Both the position numbers and the translations under genes were made by a program. Of a stretch of 64,000 bases of DNA, positions 49,336 through 62,617 are shown piece after piece. The stretch is from Macrostomum hystrix (lineage: Eukaryota > Animalia > Platyhelminthes). The DNA lies in the NCBI GenBank assembly GCA_950097015.1, contig CATNEN010000024.1, positions 6,014,001 to 6,078,000 of the forward strand. The letters are read 5' to 3'. Every line of letters starts with the position of its first letter. The stretch's first letter is position 1. Below the pieces are notes generated by a model, which was given only the letters and a program-made list of their open reading frames with translations, searched no databases and was not told where the DNA came from.

Positions 49336-50035
49336 CTTAAAAGATATAAGAAAAGCCCTCGAGACTCGACGAATTTCAAAGCCTATTTTGAAATTACTGC
49401 AAACGGTGTGTATAGAGCTATTAATTTTGCGAGTTCCCATACACTAGCTGTGAAAGGCGTCTTAGAAACTTCTGGGATCTTAAACATTTGGGATATAAAG
49501 TGTAATTTCTTGGTTGTGGGATTCTTCAAATCGGATTCCTGGGATTTGGAAAAAAAACTAGCTTCTAGGACTTTGGATTTCTAAATTGAATTCTTGGGAG
49601 TTGGGATTTTTAGATTAAATTAAAAGAATTTGGGGTTTAAAAAGGATTTTTTGGACTTTGGACTTGCTACGTAATCCAGGATTCACAATTTAAAATACCG
49701 AAAAGAGAAATCGCAAATTGTTTTTCGAAGGGATTCGGGATTCTGGACTCTGGGATTTCCTTTTCTTCTGTTCAACTCACAACAGAAAGACATATAGGAG
49801 AGTGTGAGAGGAGCAGCGCAAGCTCCTGCTTCCTGAATACGAGCAATCGATATTAACTGGCTGGGACCCGCAGTTCCCGCAGTATCACAGGCAGGCTATG
49901 AAGCCGGGAGATGAAAAGTTTCAACATCCCCCCGGAGTTGCGGAGTCGACTGAGCGGAAGAAAATGGCGTCCTTTAGCTTTTGGCAAACACAATAAAATA
50001 AGGTTTAAGTTGATACCCGTTGAATTGTGGTCAGT

Positions 50036-50420
50036 TCGTGACCCGAAACACAGGTCGTGACCCGAAACTCAGATCGTGACCCGAAACACAGGTCGTGACC
50101 CGAAACTCAGATCGTGATCCGAAACTCAGGTCGTGACCCGAAACTCAGGTCGTGACCCGAAACTCAGGTCGTGACCCGAAACTCAGGTCGTGACTTAAAA
50201 CTCAGGTCGTGACCCGAAACTCAGGTCGTGACCCGAAACTCAGGTCGTGACCCGAAACTCAGGTCGTGACCCTGGGGTCAGGTCTTTAGAAACTGGGGTC
50301 AGGTCTTTGCTAGAAACTGGGGTCAGGTCTTTACCAGAAACTGGGGTCAGGTCTTTGCTAGAAACTGGGGTCAGGTCTTAACCAGAAACTCGGGTCAGGT
50401 CTACCAGAAACTGCGGTCAG
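50036..50420. repeat. Two abutting minisatellites: 19-bp (TCGTGACCCGAAACTCAGG)n to 50271, then ~24-bp (CTGGGGTCAGGTCTTTRCYAGAAA)n
   Basis: Tandem periodicity. Confidence 0.92.
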
Positions 50421-50493
50421 TTCACTAAACAAAACAAAGCTTTCGTGGTGTCCATATAGTACAGGGTCAGGTTGTGTAAGTGATTTGACGCAC

Positions 50494-50856
50494 CTTTCGC
50501 ACGCGATTCTCGCACACCTCGGCGTGGTGAGCGCAGTCCAACGGCATCATGCTGGGGTGCGGCAGCCGCCGCTTCTGCTGACCGGAGGACCCAGCTCGAC
50601 GGTGCTGATGCTGCCGATCGCCGTCGGAGGCGGCCAGATGTCGGAGCCGGCTCACCAGGCCGCCGATTGGACTGCGAGGAGACGCGCCGGGAGGCGATGC
50701 CGTCGTGGTGACACCCGCTGCGCCGCGCGGCTTCGGCCGGGTCATTGTCTGAGCGTTCTCAGACTTTGCGCGCGGCCGAATACTGTCTAGAAAGAACTGC
50801 TTGACTGTTGAGCGCTGCTGCTGCTGCTGCTGCTCGTTCTGCTGCGCTCCATGTGA
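50494..50856 (-). CDS. PRKAG: Probable AMPK gamma long-isoform N-terminal exon
   Basis: Acceptor tcatttttag|TCA at 50857/50856; 121 open codons (SHGAQQNEQQQQQQRSTVKQFFLDSIRPRAKSE...RVRK); donor AAG|gtgcgt (alternative GAG|gtgtgc at 50518). Phase 0 at both ends fits 59687 upstream and 2870 downstream. The RPRxKS motif resembles invertebrate AMPK-gamma N-termini from memory; linkage is inferred. Confidence 0.65.
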
Positions 50857-50901
50857 CTAAAAATGAATTTACAATTTTGGTTGCAATAATAATTTCAAAC
50901 A

Positions 50902-51208
50902 GCCATCTCTGATATCCAACTGCCATCTCTTATACCCAACTGCCATTTCTTATATCCAACTGCCATTTCTGATATCCAACTGCCATTTCTGATATCCAAC
51001 TGGCACCTCTGATATTCAAATGCCACCTTTGATATCCAACTGCCACCTTTGATATCCAACTGCCACCTCTGATATTCAAATGCCATCTCTGATATCCAAC
51101 TGGCACCTCTGATATTCAAATGCCATCTCTGATATCCACCTGGCACCTCTGATATTCAAATGCCATCTCTGATATCCAACTGCCCTCTCTGATATCCAAC
51201 TGCCATTT
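50902..51208. repeat. 20-bp minisatellite (GATATCCAACTGCCATCTCT)n, ~15 copies
   Basis: Tandem periodicity. Confidence 0.93.
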
Positions 51209-51970
51209 CGTCTCCCTTTTAAATGAATTTTCTTAGTCGATAGTCACGAAAACACAAAACTCGGAAACACCAACTGAAGATGCTTTTGCACTAGCTAGAT
51301 CATCAGCAAGATTAAGAATCTGATCTGAGGCGGCAGGACCGTACATATCAAATGATCCCGCTTGTTCCTTCTCAGCTAATGGATTGCAGCAATTCTGCTT
51401 TCATCCCATATCGGATTAGTGTTTTACAATCGGTACACTATCAGCATATACTTGCATTTCCAAACGAGGGAATAGAAATGGGAAGAAAGACACGCTGCCA
51501 CTTTGATGAAGCGGCTATCGACTGTCGCCGTCTGTGTGGTTAACGTCTTCCTTATGTCACTCCATCCCATATGTTGTTTTGAGCACATCATTCCCAGGTT
51601 TGGCTTCGTTTACTCATGTCCTTCTATTTATGCGTTCCTTTACTTTGTTTACTACAGCTATGCTCATGTTTTTGCTGTCCTTCTTGTGCCACAACTCATG
51701 GAGGCTGAACTCATGCGCCTCCTCATTTATTTAGCATTTCCTCGACATGCCCGTGACAATCCGATACTCCTTCTTAAAATTCAAAATGCTCCACTTATCC
51801 CCCTTCCAAATTATCCCATTTTTATCCCAGTTTCCTATTCTACTCTTGTATTTCTGCCAGCCTATACGTCCGTTCTACCGATATACTTTCTACTTCACAA
51901 CTATCCCTCCCTTCTTCCCAAATCCCTAGTCTACTCTTCTCTCTTCACTCTCTACTTCCTTCTCAGATCT

Positions 51971-52339
51971 GGGAGGGTGAGTGGCAGAGCGGTTAACGCA
52001 TCTGTCTCTCGCGCCAAGGTCCCTGAGCTCGATTCCACGGCGAGGCCACATTTATTTGGGGCGCAGCCGCGGAGAGAAGGCTTGGGGGCTTGTCGTGCAA
52101 ATTACGCCCTCGAGGGCCAATCTCCAAGGCGCAGTGAGAGTGTACGCTGCCTGACGATGAGAAATTCAGGGCAGATGTACACCGCTGTGTGTTTGTGCCT
52201 GCGTACAGTATCTGTCTGCGTGTGTGCTCAGGAGTCAGCGAAATGGGCAGTATTGCCTCCTCGCCGGCTGCGGGTCTAGTGTCACACAATGGTGTGCCAT
52301 TGCCCACAGCCCTCCTGCAATTATTATTTTTATTATTAT
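51971..52339 (+). mobile_element. tRNA-derived SINE (family A, copy 2)
   Basis: A box TGGCAGAGCGG (51982-51992), B-box variant GCTCGATTCC (52027-52036), (ATT)n-like tail (52320-52339). Homologous to 702-1057 in opposite orientation. Confidence 0.85.
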
Positions 52340-53044
52340 CTCAGCCATATTATTATTATCATCCAACTTCTTCTTTACCTTAATATTCTTCTCAATCGGC
52401 ATAGAAAATTAAAATTTCAAGTGGCCTAAATATAACATATATACAGTATTCCAGCCCACTGCTAGAGAGAATTCGAGTACCTCTCTTTTTAATATCGTGA
52501 AATTTTGCTAATTACGAAAGCCTGCATTTAATAAGGAGGTAGAAAACGATGCAGAATGCAGATACGCTCGTATTAATCGCCGAACGAAATCACAACACAC
52601 GCCCACGCACTGATCATCATGGAATGCAGGCGGGATTAGGCTTGCTTGCCACCCACTCCCGAGCTGCCGTGAACTCATGCTCAGGAACGTTCTTGCTTGG
52701 GACTTTGATCAATGGAAAACGTTCAAAGCAATAGACGGGAGCAGCTTGAGTAGTACAGTGACATCAAAAACACAGAGTGTGTGTGAGAATAAGAGATCCT
52801 AACTGATAAAACCAATTAGTATCCGATATTAAAATCTAATTATTTGTATCCGTCTCTCGGTATCGATTACTAAGAATAGATTAAACGAATTTGATCTGCA
52901 ATATTATCACGACCAAGATTCCAAAAAATACTGATCCTAATCCATACATCTAAATCCTCCCTGATTCCAATCCTTAATCCCCAGGTCTAGATCCCACCTT
53001 ATCCGAATATATTAATCTCGATTCCACATTATCCAATTTATCCA

Positions 53045-53335
53045 GCTCTCGATCCCAGATCCCACCTTATCCCAATATCCGGATCTCGATCCCAGATCCC
53101 ACCTTATCCCAATATCCAGATCTCGATCCCAGATCCCACATTATCCCAATATCCAGATCTCGATCCCAGATCCCACCTTATCCCAATATCCAGATCTCGA
53201 TCCCAGATCCCACATTATCCCAATATCCAGATCTCGATCCCAGATCCCACATTATCCCAATATCCAGATCTCGATCCCAGATCCCACATTATCCCAATAT
53301 CCAGATCTCGATCCCACCTCATCCCAATATCCAGA
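53045..53335. repeat. 37-bp minisatellite (GATCCCAGATCCCACATTATCCCAATATCCAGATCTC)n, ~8 copies
   Basis: Period of 37 (53051, 53088 and onward). Confidence 0.93.
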
Positions 53336-54647
53336 TCTTCACCCGCCTGATCCCAATGCCTAGAGTTCAATCCCTGACCAAAATGGATCCCAATCCTAGA
53401 TCTTAATCCCACATAAAATCCATCACAATCCTCAGATTTCGATCGCCAATTAATTGCATCCCTATTATGTCTCGAGATCTTGATACCCACTTAGAACTGA
53501 TTCTAATCCCCCAAATTATATAATACGGATCTTAACCAACCCCAATAACCGTTCCTAATAACTAAAAATCAGCTTCAACTATTGGGATTCTATCTCAAAC
53601 CAAAACCCAATTGAAAAAACCCTGGTTTCCTCCCTTACCTGCATGTTGGTTGTCGCAAAAGTTCAATCGGGCGGCCAATAAAAAATAAACGAAAGCAAAC
53701 AACAAAGGGATTTAATAGTGTAGAGAGATTAACTGCTTTAGATGGGCAAGGAAACGGAAGACTGGGAATAATGGAGGAAAGGAGAGGTAGGAGAGGGGAT
53801 AGAGCAACACCTGGCTAGCAGCTCTAATAACTAAAGGGGTTGCCGGGAGGAGAAATGCGAGGTTGGCTGAAGGGGAAACGTCAACGCGGTTGAGTTTGGC
53901 CGCGAAAGAAAAAAAAGTGAAGGGAAGGGAAATGGGAGTCAAGCAAATGGGAGAATTTCTGCCGCCGGGAGGTAGGGCCGCTGGGTTTGGAACCTGTGCT
54001 GTCCAAAACTTTGCGCTTTGTATTCAGCATATACAGCATCATGCTATGCAGCTGTGCACACCCATTTTTAATGCCCAATAGGGCGGCTGGTAGCTGAGGC
54101 GGGCCCTGGAGTTTGCAAGACGAACCGGGGTTGGTTGGGTAAAAGAGAGAGAGAGAGAATGGGGAAGAATGAAGCCCACCCGACCGCCAGGGCCCTGTGG
54201 CTCCTGTGCATTAAGGCAGGCCATTGAGACGGGTGACAAGTCCAAGGAGATGTTGCCGCGCGTCGATGAAAACTAAAGAAGTATTCTCTCTCTTTCTCTC
54301 TGCCTCAGGAGAACTTATACAGTAAAACTGATGAAGCGAAGCGATGGCCATAATGTAGTAAATAAGAGTTAGGCATTTGGGGCAAGCTTTCCCATGTACG
54401 GAATCTGTGATAATATGCGCTAGGAACTGGCATACCGCTAGTGTTCAGCAATTTGAGAATTGGGAGTAGGAGCCACATTAAGCATCTCAAGGTGTCTAAG
54501 AAACAGTGCTTAATGCTTCTCAAAGAAGTCTTCAAGTTTTCCAGTTCGCGCACTAAAATGAAGTATTTTAATCGTTCGCAGTTCACCTTCTCATGGTTGA
54601 AGTATTTTGTCTTGTGTCTAATTGGGTTGGGGTTTCAGAAACAATGG

Positions 54648-55497
54648 GAGAGTCTGGAAGGCCGGTGGAGAGTCTGGGAGGTCGGAAAGAGTCTAGGAGG
54701 CCACGGGATAGTCTGGGAGATCAGGAGAGAGTCTGAGGTGTCGTGGCCCGTGGGAGAGTCTGGGAGGTCGGAAAGAGTCTAGGAGGCAACGGGATAGTCT
54801 GGGAGATCAGGAGAGAGTCTGAGGTGTCGTGGCCCGTCGGAGAGTCTGGGAGATCAGGAGAGAGTCTGAGGTGCCCGGTGAGGGTCTGGGAGATCAGGAG
54901 AGAGTCTGAAGAGCCGGGGAGAGTCTGGGAGATCAGGAGAGAGTCTGAAGTGCCGGGGAGAGTCTGGGAGATCAGGAGAGAGTCTGAAGTGCCGGGGAGA
55001 GTCTGGGAGATCAGGAGAGTCTGAAGAGCCGGGGAGAGTCTGGGAGATCAGGAGAGAGTCTGAAGTGCCGGGGAGAGTCTGGGAGATCAGGAGAGAGTCT
55101 GAAGTGCCGGGGAGAGTCTGGGAGATCAGGAGAGAGTCTGAAGTGCCGGGGAGAGTCTGGGAGATCAGGAGAGAGTCTGGGAGATCAGGAGAGAGTCTGG
55201 GAGATTAGGGGAGAGTCTAGGAGATTAGGAGAGAGTCTGGGAGATCAGGAGAGAGTCTGGGAGATCAGGAGAGAGTCTGGGAGATCAGGAGAGAGTCTGG
55301 TTAGATCAGGAGAGAGTCTGGGAGATCAGGAGAGAGTCTGGGAGATCAGGAGAGAGTCTGGGAGATCAGGAGAGAGTCTGGGAGATTAGGGGAGAGTCTA
55401 GGAGATTAGGAGAGAGTCTGGGAGATCAGGAGAGAGTCTGGGAGATTAGGGGAGAGTCTGGGAGATTAAGAGAGAGTCTGGGAGATCAGGAGAGAGT
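54648..55497. repeat. Composite GA-rich minisatellite built on GAGAGTCTGGGAGATCAGGA (20 bp), with 39-bp and longer units
   Basis: Tandem periodicity. It accounts for the WEIRRESE-repeat ORFs. Confidence 0.92.
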
Positions 55498-57163
55498 GTA
55501 GGAGTCCAGTAGAGACAGGATAAATGTTAAATATTAAATATATCCCTGCGTCCGCCCCAGACCTAAGTTACTTTTTATCCGCTACCGAAAATAGTGTTAT
55601 TCTCTAGTGAGGAAGCAGCTTGGGCCACTTCTCTGTCCCCGAACATTATAAATCATAATCGATTCTTTCAAACGGGTAGGCCGCAATAGCTGTATCCATA
55701 GGCTCGAGACTGCCTGCTAGTGAAGTGGTCGCGATTTTCCGCTCGGTAAAGGCTCTATATGCTGAATGAATGAAGGGCAGGAAGCACTGCTGCAGTTACA
55801 ACCCCGCAATCGAACTCCTACTTGGTCGATCGAACCTGACCCGACCCGAAACGTAATCTCTTGCTACAAATATACAGCTGTAGTGTACGAGTATCTGCTC
55901 CACTAATACTAATTTCGATGTGAGCACGCATGGCTAGATGATATATAAAAGGGTTTTTTACTTTCTCTATAAAAATCAATTTCATTACAGCTGATCAGAT
56001 TTCCTAGGTCCATACATTTTAATGCATAGTAAAAATACACTTATGATCTTGAGATGAATTTTTTGCTTCTTTAATCGGCAAGGTGTTGGTGAAATTTTAG
56101 CTTATCAACTAATCAACTCGAGTAAAATTGATCTTTGTCGGACTAAAAATCCAACTGTTCAAATATATTTTTATAGAAAAATTAAAACGGCTCATACTAC
56201 TCAGTAAGAGTGTAGTGATGTTTAAAGTAGTAGGTTGCAGACAGAAAAAATTCTTAAAACAAATGTCAGGATATTTCTCTTTAAATCTGTCTTACTGATC
56301 TTACTGAAAGTAGCTAATTTCTGCTAATATTTGGCAAATATGAAGAGCTTTAAACTGAACAGACTTTGTTGTAAATATAGCGTTTAGCATATGACTCTTG
56401 ACGACTGAATCCATTAGGACAGTTCATGGACAGGTAGGTAATCAGTTAGCTAATCCTCCCGCAGCTCTTTATAAAATTTATTAAAATCATCATTGTTTGT
56501 GCTGAGACATGACTGTAGCAGAAGTATAAGCTGAAGCAATTTAAATCTGCTTTACCGTTGGGAGCAAATTTGTCGACTGGATTTTATGCCTTAACTCGCC
56601 AACCGATAACCTCTATTAGGTTTTGTTCAAGTCATTAGCTTCAATAGGTAAAAACAATGGATAAAATACGCGCTGCAGAGGCACTATATGGCACGGATTC
56701 TCATAATTTTTTCTCCGCTGTTTTATTTCAAATACTGGGGACCTTATAGCTTAATAATGCTTTACTAATGTATCGCGACCCGACTCGAGCCGTACTCAAT
56801 CAACAACGCGAGTCAAGGCACTTAGCCAACACAGTCATTCATAATTAAAACAGACCTGTTTTTTCCGCTTTTTGTTTTAAATTGCACCTTCTTGACTGCG
56901 TATCCAAACAGAGATGATTAATTAACTTGCTATTAGCTCGTGTCTATCTGTGTATTTTATAGCGTGCTTCGCGCATAGTGTTCGGATAAATTCATGGTTT
57001 CGGGTCAAATGGTGTGGTTGGTGGCGAATCCGTTGTGCGGAGGTAAATCGTGCGCGTGTTTCGTATTTATTTCTGAGCAATTTGCATGGTGTTTACTTTT
57101 TAGGGGAAATTGGATGGATTTGGGATCAATGATTTAGTTTTAGTTAGCTAGTTAATATTGAAA

Positions 57164-57843
57164 TTTAGGGGCAGCGCGGTCAATCATGTGATTCAGGGGA
57201 AGATCAAGTAATTTAGGGGTAGATCATGTGATTTAAGGGTAGATCTTTTGACTTAGGCGTAGATCATGTGACTTAATTATAGATCTTGTGACTCAGGGAT
57301 AGATTTTGCGACTTAGGGGTAGATCATGTGACTTAGGGGTAGATCTTGTGATTTAGGGGTAGATCTTGTGATTTAGGGATGGATCTTAGTGATTTAGGGA
57401 TGTGATCTTGTGATTTAGGGATAGATCTTGTGACTTAGGGATAGATCTTGCGACTTAGGGGTAGATCATGTGACTTAGGGGTAGATCTAGATCATGTGAC
57501 TTAATTATAGATCTTGTGACTCAGGGATAGATCTTGTGGTTTAGGGATAGATCTTGTTACTTAGGGATAGATCATGTGACATAATTATAGATCTTGTGAG
57601 TCAGGGATAGATTTTGCGACTTAGGGGTAGATCATGTGACTTAGGGGTAGATCTTGTGATTTAGGGGTAGATCATGTGACTTAGGGGTAGATCATGTGAC
57701 TTAATTATAGATCATGTGACTTAGGGGTAGATCTTGTGATTTAGGGATAGATCTTATGATTTAGGGATATATCTTGTGACTTAGGGATAGATCTTGCGAC
57801 TTAGGGGTAGATCATGTGACTTGGGGATAGATCATGTGATTTA
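57164..57843. repeat. 20-bp minisatellite (TAGATCWTGTGACTTAGGGG)n
   Basis: Tandem periodicity with variants. Confidence 0.92.
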
Positions 57844-58379
57844 GCACTCCTTAATTTAAGACTATCATTAATCTGAGTTTTTAGTAAGAAATTATTAAAT
57901 TCAGGTGACACTTTATAAACATTTGAAACGATTTTCAATCACGTCATGAAGCCAGAGACGCCAGGTTAAGCGTGCTTGCACCAAAGTCATTTATAAAAAC
58001 AACTCTTAGGACAGACAGGGATCGATCGAGTCTTCTTTGTCTAGACTAGACCCAAAGCGTTCAGACGTGAAACAATATTTATATAGAAAAAGCTACCTGT
58101 TCACATTCCGATTGCAGAAAGCTATACTGTTGGAAGTTAACTACAAATTACACATTTTTAAGCTAGCAGCACATTATTGCAGTAACAGATTGCTTCCATA
58201 TAAATCGACCCTATAAATCCTGTAATTTACAAGGAAAATCCCATAATCCATTAATCTTAAAACCGAAAATAACGTCGTGAATCCTAAGATAATCATTCAA
58301 ATTCATTGATTATAATAGAAACCTCAAGACATTGGAAATGGAAATGGAAATGTCTTGAGTTGATGGAAATCAATAAATA

Positions 58380-59350
58380 ACCCTGGAAATCCCTAGCTAA
58401 CCTGGAAATCCCTAGCTAACCTGGAAATCCCTAGCTAACCTGGAAATCCCTAGCCAACCTGGAAATCCCTAGCCAACCCTGGAAATCCCTAGATAACCCT
58501 GGAAATCCCTAGCTAACCCTGGAAATCCCTAGATAACCCTGGAAATCCCTAGCTAACCCTGGAAATCCCTAGATAATCCTGGAAATCCCTAGATACCCTG
58601 GAAATCCCTAGCTAACCCTGGAAATCCCTAGATAATCCTGGAAATCCATAGATAACCCTGGAAATCCCTAGCTAACCCTGGAAATCCCTAGATAACCCTG
58701 GAAATCCCTAGCTAACCCTGGAAATCCCTAGATAACCCTGGAAATCCCTAGCTAACCTGGAAATCCCTACCTAACCTGGAAATCCCTAGCCAACCCTGGA
58801 AATCCCGAGCTAACCTGGAAATCCCTAGATAACCCTGGAAATCCCTAGCTAACCCTGGAAATCCCTAGATAATCCTGGAAATCACTAGATACCCTGGAAA
58901 TCCCTAGATAATCCTGTAAATATCAGATAACCCTGGAAATCCCTAGATAGTATCTTAAGTCTCCAGATAATCCTGAATAATACCTTGATAACCCTGGATA
59001 CCTAGATAGTAATCATTATATTATTCTGTAAATCCCTAAAAGATCCTGTAAATCCCTACCTAGACCTAGATAATACTGGATAATCCTTAGATAACCCTCG
59101 AAATACCTAGATAGCCCTGGTCATCTTTAGATAATTCAATAAATCCCATGATAGTCCATAGATAGTCCATAGATAATCCATAGATAGTCCTGTAAATCGC
59201 TAGATAATCCTGGAAATCCTAAGCAAATATTGTACATCGCTAGATAGATAAAGGTGGATAAGATCTCTAGATAACCCAGTAAGTTCCTAGATAACCCTGG
59301 AAATCGCTAGATAATCCTGTAAAATCCTTAAATAATCATAGAAATCCCTG
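58380..59350. repeat. 20-21-bp minisatellite (CTGGAAATCCCTAGMTAACC(C))n, degenerating after ~58950
   Basis: Tandem periodicity. Confidence 0.9.
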
Positions 59351-59686
59351 GATAGCCCTGTAAATCCAAAGAATCAAAAATGATCTCGTAGCTCGGAAAT
59401 CCATAGGCCATACTGCGAATCCCTAGATAATACGGCAAAAATACATATATCGATATATAAGGCTAGATAATCACAGAAATCCTAAGACAACCCTATATAC
59501 ACGACACATTTACGATATACTAAATAAAACGAAAATATAGCCAATAATATATATACGAAAATATTCTACGACAATCCATACAACCCGCCTTGGATTATCT
59601 TGGAACATTTTGACATCACAGCATTACTCGATAGCTAATCTCGAAATCCAACAAAAAGCCCTAAATTACATAAGGCGGACACTCAC

Positions 59687-60340
59687 CCGCCTGTCCTCTA
59701 TTTCATACTCGCCCTCCTCTGCTATGGACTGATTCCTTTGTCGTCTGCTTCCGCCGCTGCTGCTGCACGAATTGTGAGCTGGCCTGCTCGAGTTGGTAGT
59801 CAACGACAGCCGCTGCTTCTGGTGCCCGACAAAGGCTCGAAGATCTTCGCGCAAGCTGGCCAACCTGCTGCCAGTGCCGCAGGCTGCAGTTGCCGTTGCT
59901 CCAGGCGATTGCGCTGGCGCAACCTCTTCGCTCTTTGTTCGCCGTCGGCGCCGACGCATTAGCAGACTGGAACTGGCCACCTGCATCGGCTCCAGCGGCG
60001 AAGTCGGCGACACTGCGGCGACGCCGCTGTCTTCAGACCGATGCGTTGTACCGATGTCGCGATCAAGGCCAGGTGATTTAGTATGCGACTGCGTCGGCGA
60101 CAGCGGTGTAGTTGGCAGATCGGCGAACACACTATCGTCAATGTCGACGTCGCCGCCGCCATACTGGGTGCTGCTGCAGGGCGAGTACTCCGGCTGGCAG
60201 CGGCCCAGAGAGGCTTCCTCGGGTGACGAAGAAAACTGAGGCTGCTGCTGGGTCGATTCACTAGCTGAGACAGTTTTGCGTCCAAGGCTTGGTGTCCGCT
60301 CACTGTTATCTTTTTCAGAAGCTGTAGGATCGCGCTGCAT
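59687..60340 (-). CDS. Probable first coding exon of the AMPK gamma long isoform (Ser/Pro/Arg-rich, disordered)
   Basis: ATG at 60340 (the longer ORF call starts at a GTG); 218 open, GC-rich codons; canonical donor CGG|gtgagt at 59687/59686, phase 0, matching the 50856 acceptor. Assignment to PRKAG rests on strand and phase only. Confidence 0.55.
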
Positions 60341-62301
60341 TGTTTTTTGTATTTTTTTCTCGCAGTCAAATTGAGTCGAGCTCACAATATTTTCAGTACA
60401 ATAAGCTGGATTTTATTTTGTTCTATTCTTAATTTGCTATATAAGATGGGACCAATACGCCTGAGTGGGCCTGTGGGCCTGTAGGAAAGCTGTTCACATT
60501 TGCACTTACGCCGGAGCCACGCCAGGGATAGCTAAGGAAAATAAAGGGTTGGCCTAAAATGGATAGAGTATGGGTCCCGGGATAGGCTTTGACGCGATAA
60601 CTCACTCTGCGCGTGAGGGTTGCGTTTCACGAGGTGGCGGCCTGGGAATGGGAGTGGGGTGGCGTTTAGCAGATCGCCCCCTGTCTTTCCGTTGTCTTTA
60701 TTGCGAGAGTTTAAGGCTGCTGGGGTGGTGGGTCAGAATCAGCCAATTGCGTACATAGTGTCAACACCCACCCCCTCCGTCGTTCAGCCGCCGCGCCCCA
60801 CCATTCTAAACAGACAGCTATCGGGGCCCTGTTTTTGACGCTAATCTATTTAACAACTTGTGTTTTTAAAAGGGCCCTCACAGTCAGGCTTCGACAGGCC
60901 TTGGAAAAGTGTTTTTCTGGGTCTCACACCGTCCTTTCCGTTCCCAATTTGCCCTGGCATGACCCCGCTGGACCCGGGCGTCCTTCTCCCCCGTGTTCAA
61001 TTGAAACTTGTTGTACCCTTATAAGGCCTTTGTTGTTTTCATCTCTTTGGCCTTTTTTCTAGGTTAGTTAGTCTGGCGGCTCTGGCCTGCTCAGCTTTGT
61101 TACTGTATTTGATTGCCAACAACCTTGAAATGTTCATATCATTGAAGTTGTCACGTGACTGACAGAGACGCCTTAGTAATCAAAATTATTAATTAGCGAC
61201 TAGCGTTCAATTAGTTGTATCCATTCAATTCAGACAAGCACTACGACTGCTCTGCTCCCATGCCAATACCAACCAATGCCCTTCACAAGTCAGATAAACT
61301 TGTCATGTGAAATCATTTATTGCATGTATCAAATTATATGTATCCAAGTAAGAAAAAATGTACTAATGATGTCTCGACGCATTTAGGCTCAGTTGAGCAC
61401 ATTTGCTGGCTTTCCATTATTTCGCCCCTGGGCCCCATTAAGATGTGCTGTTCCAATCCCGGCGCCAAGCTGCCATATAATTGCTGAATATTTGATAGCA
61501 CATCTATGCTGCTTCTGTCTGGAATTCTCTGTCGTCGCCTATTTTTCCTAATTCCCACACTTGTTTTAATGCATGCTGTTTGTCAAAAAGAACTGATAAG
61601 AGATGACGTATAAACAATTTTCAAATGTACTTTAAAAACTTTCAAGGAATCGTGGTTTCTCAAAACACGCAAATGACTTATTTAAGATTGTACTTTTATC
61701 ACACATAGATTTAAACAAATCTCCCAAATAACTCTGAACTAAAAATCCATAAAACAAGCAGAAAGGGGCAGAAAAAGATCGAGCGTTAGATAAAGGGAAA
61801 CGAGACGGAGGAAGGGTTACTTAGGAAAAAATTTAATATAGTAAATTGTTGCGTTTCGCATGATGAAAGCATTTTGTCAGGCAGAATTGTTTATCAAATT
61901 GACTTCATTCAGGTTTATCTAATATTGCATCGACTTGCATGTTGCAGCAAGCATATTTTGTAATACCGAGATTCATCATAAATCATAATCGCTTTTTCTA
62001 GCTTAAGATATTTGATTTAATAAAACAGAACACCAGCTTACATAATACGCTACTATAAGTAGCTGCATTGAACACAGACAAACTGTTAGAAAAAATGTTT
62101 CTTTCCAGCGAATCTGCCATTTCGGAGTAAAATCGTCAAATCTCATTCAATGCTGAGTCTCCCAGCTGGCCACCGGTGCAACTGACGTTTCGACGTCGAG
62201 TAGATCGCTAAAAGTGCACGCGATGGAAAAATTTGGCGATAGGCTCACAACTGTTTATCTGTACCCAACGGACATACAGTATTACTATACTGTAGGTACT
62301 C

Positions 62302-62496
62302 GTGGATTTTAAGAATTTCGATGAGAGAAACGCGTATCGTACACTGCCCTGACGTCTAGGGTGGGAGCTAGGGTAAGAGGTAGGGTGAGAGGTGGGGTGG
62401 TTAGAGGGTTTTGATACTGACGCAATACATACTACTACTGCCTAACAGGGCAGTAGTATTATACGCGTTTTTCTCATTGAAATTCTGAGAAACCAC
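62302..62496. mobile_element. Small MITE-like inverted-repeat element with a G-rich centre
   Basis: 62302-62351 is an imperfect reverse complement of 62446-62496 (AGAATTTCRATGAGARAAACGCGTAT...CTGCCCTG). The centre has TAGGG-like runs. Confidence 0.6.
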
Positions 62497-62617
62497 TAGG
62501 TCCTGTGCACGAATAGTAGTGCTGGCACCCAATTAATATCAGTGTGAACTGAAGCGCTAACCTCTAGGCTTAGGCTTCAAGCTCTAGCAATTTTGTTCCA
62601 CGCGTATTAGATAATTC

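Noticed and set aside
52141-52181. Hammerhead ribozyme in the SINE (CTGACGA-TGA-GAAA)
   Set aside because: No stem II, and stems I and III cannot form in hammerhead geometry. The segment folds better as a simple hairpin.
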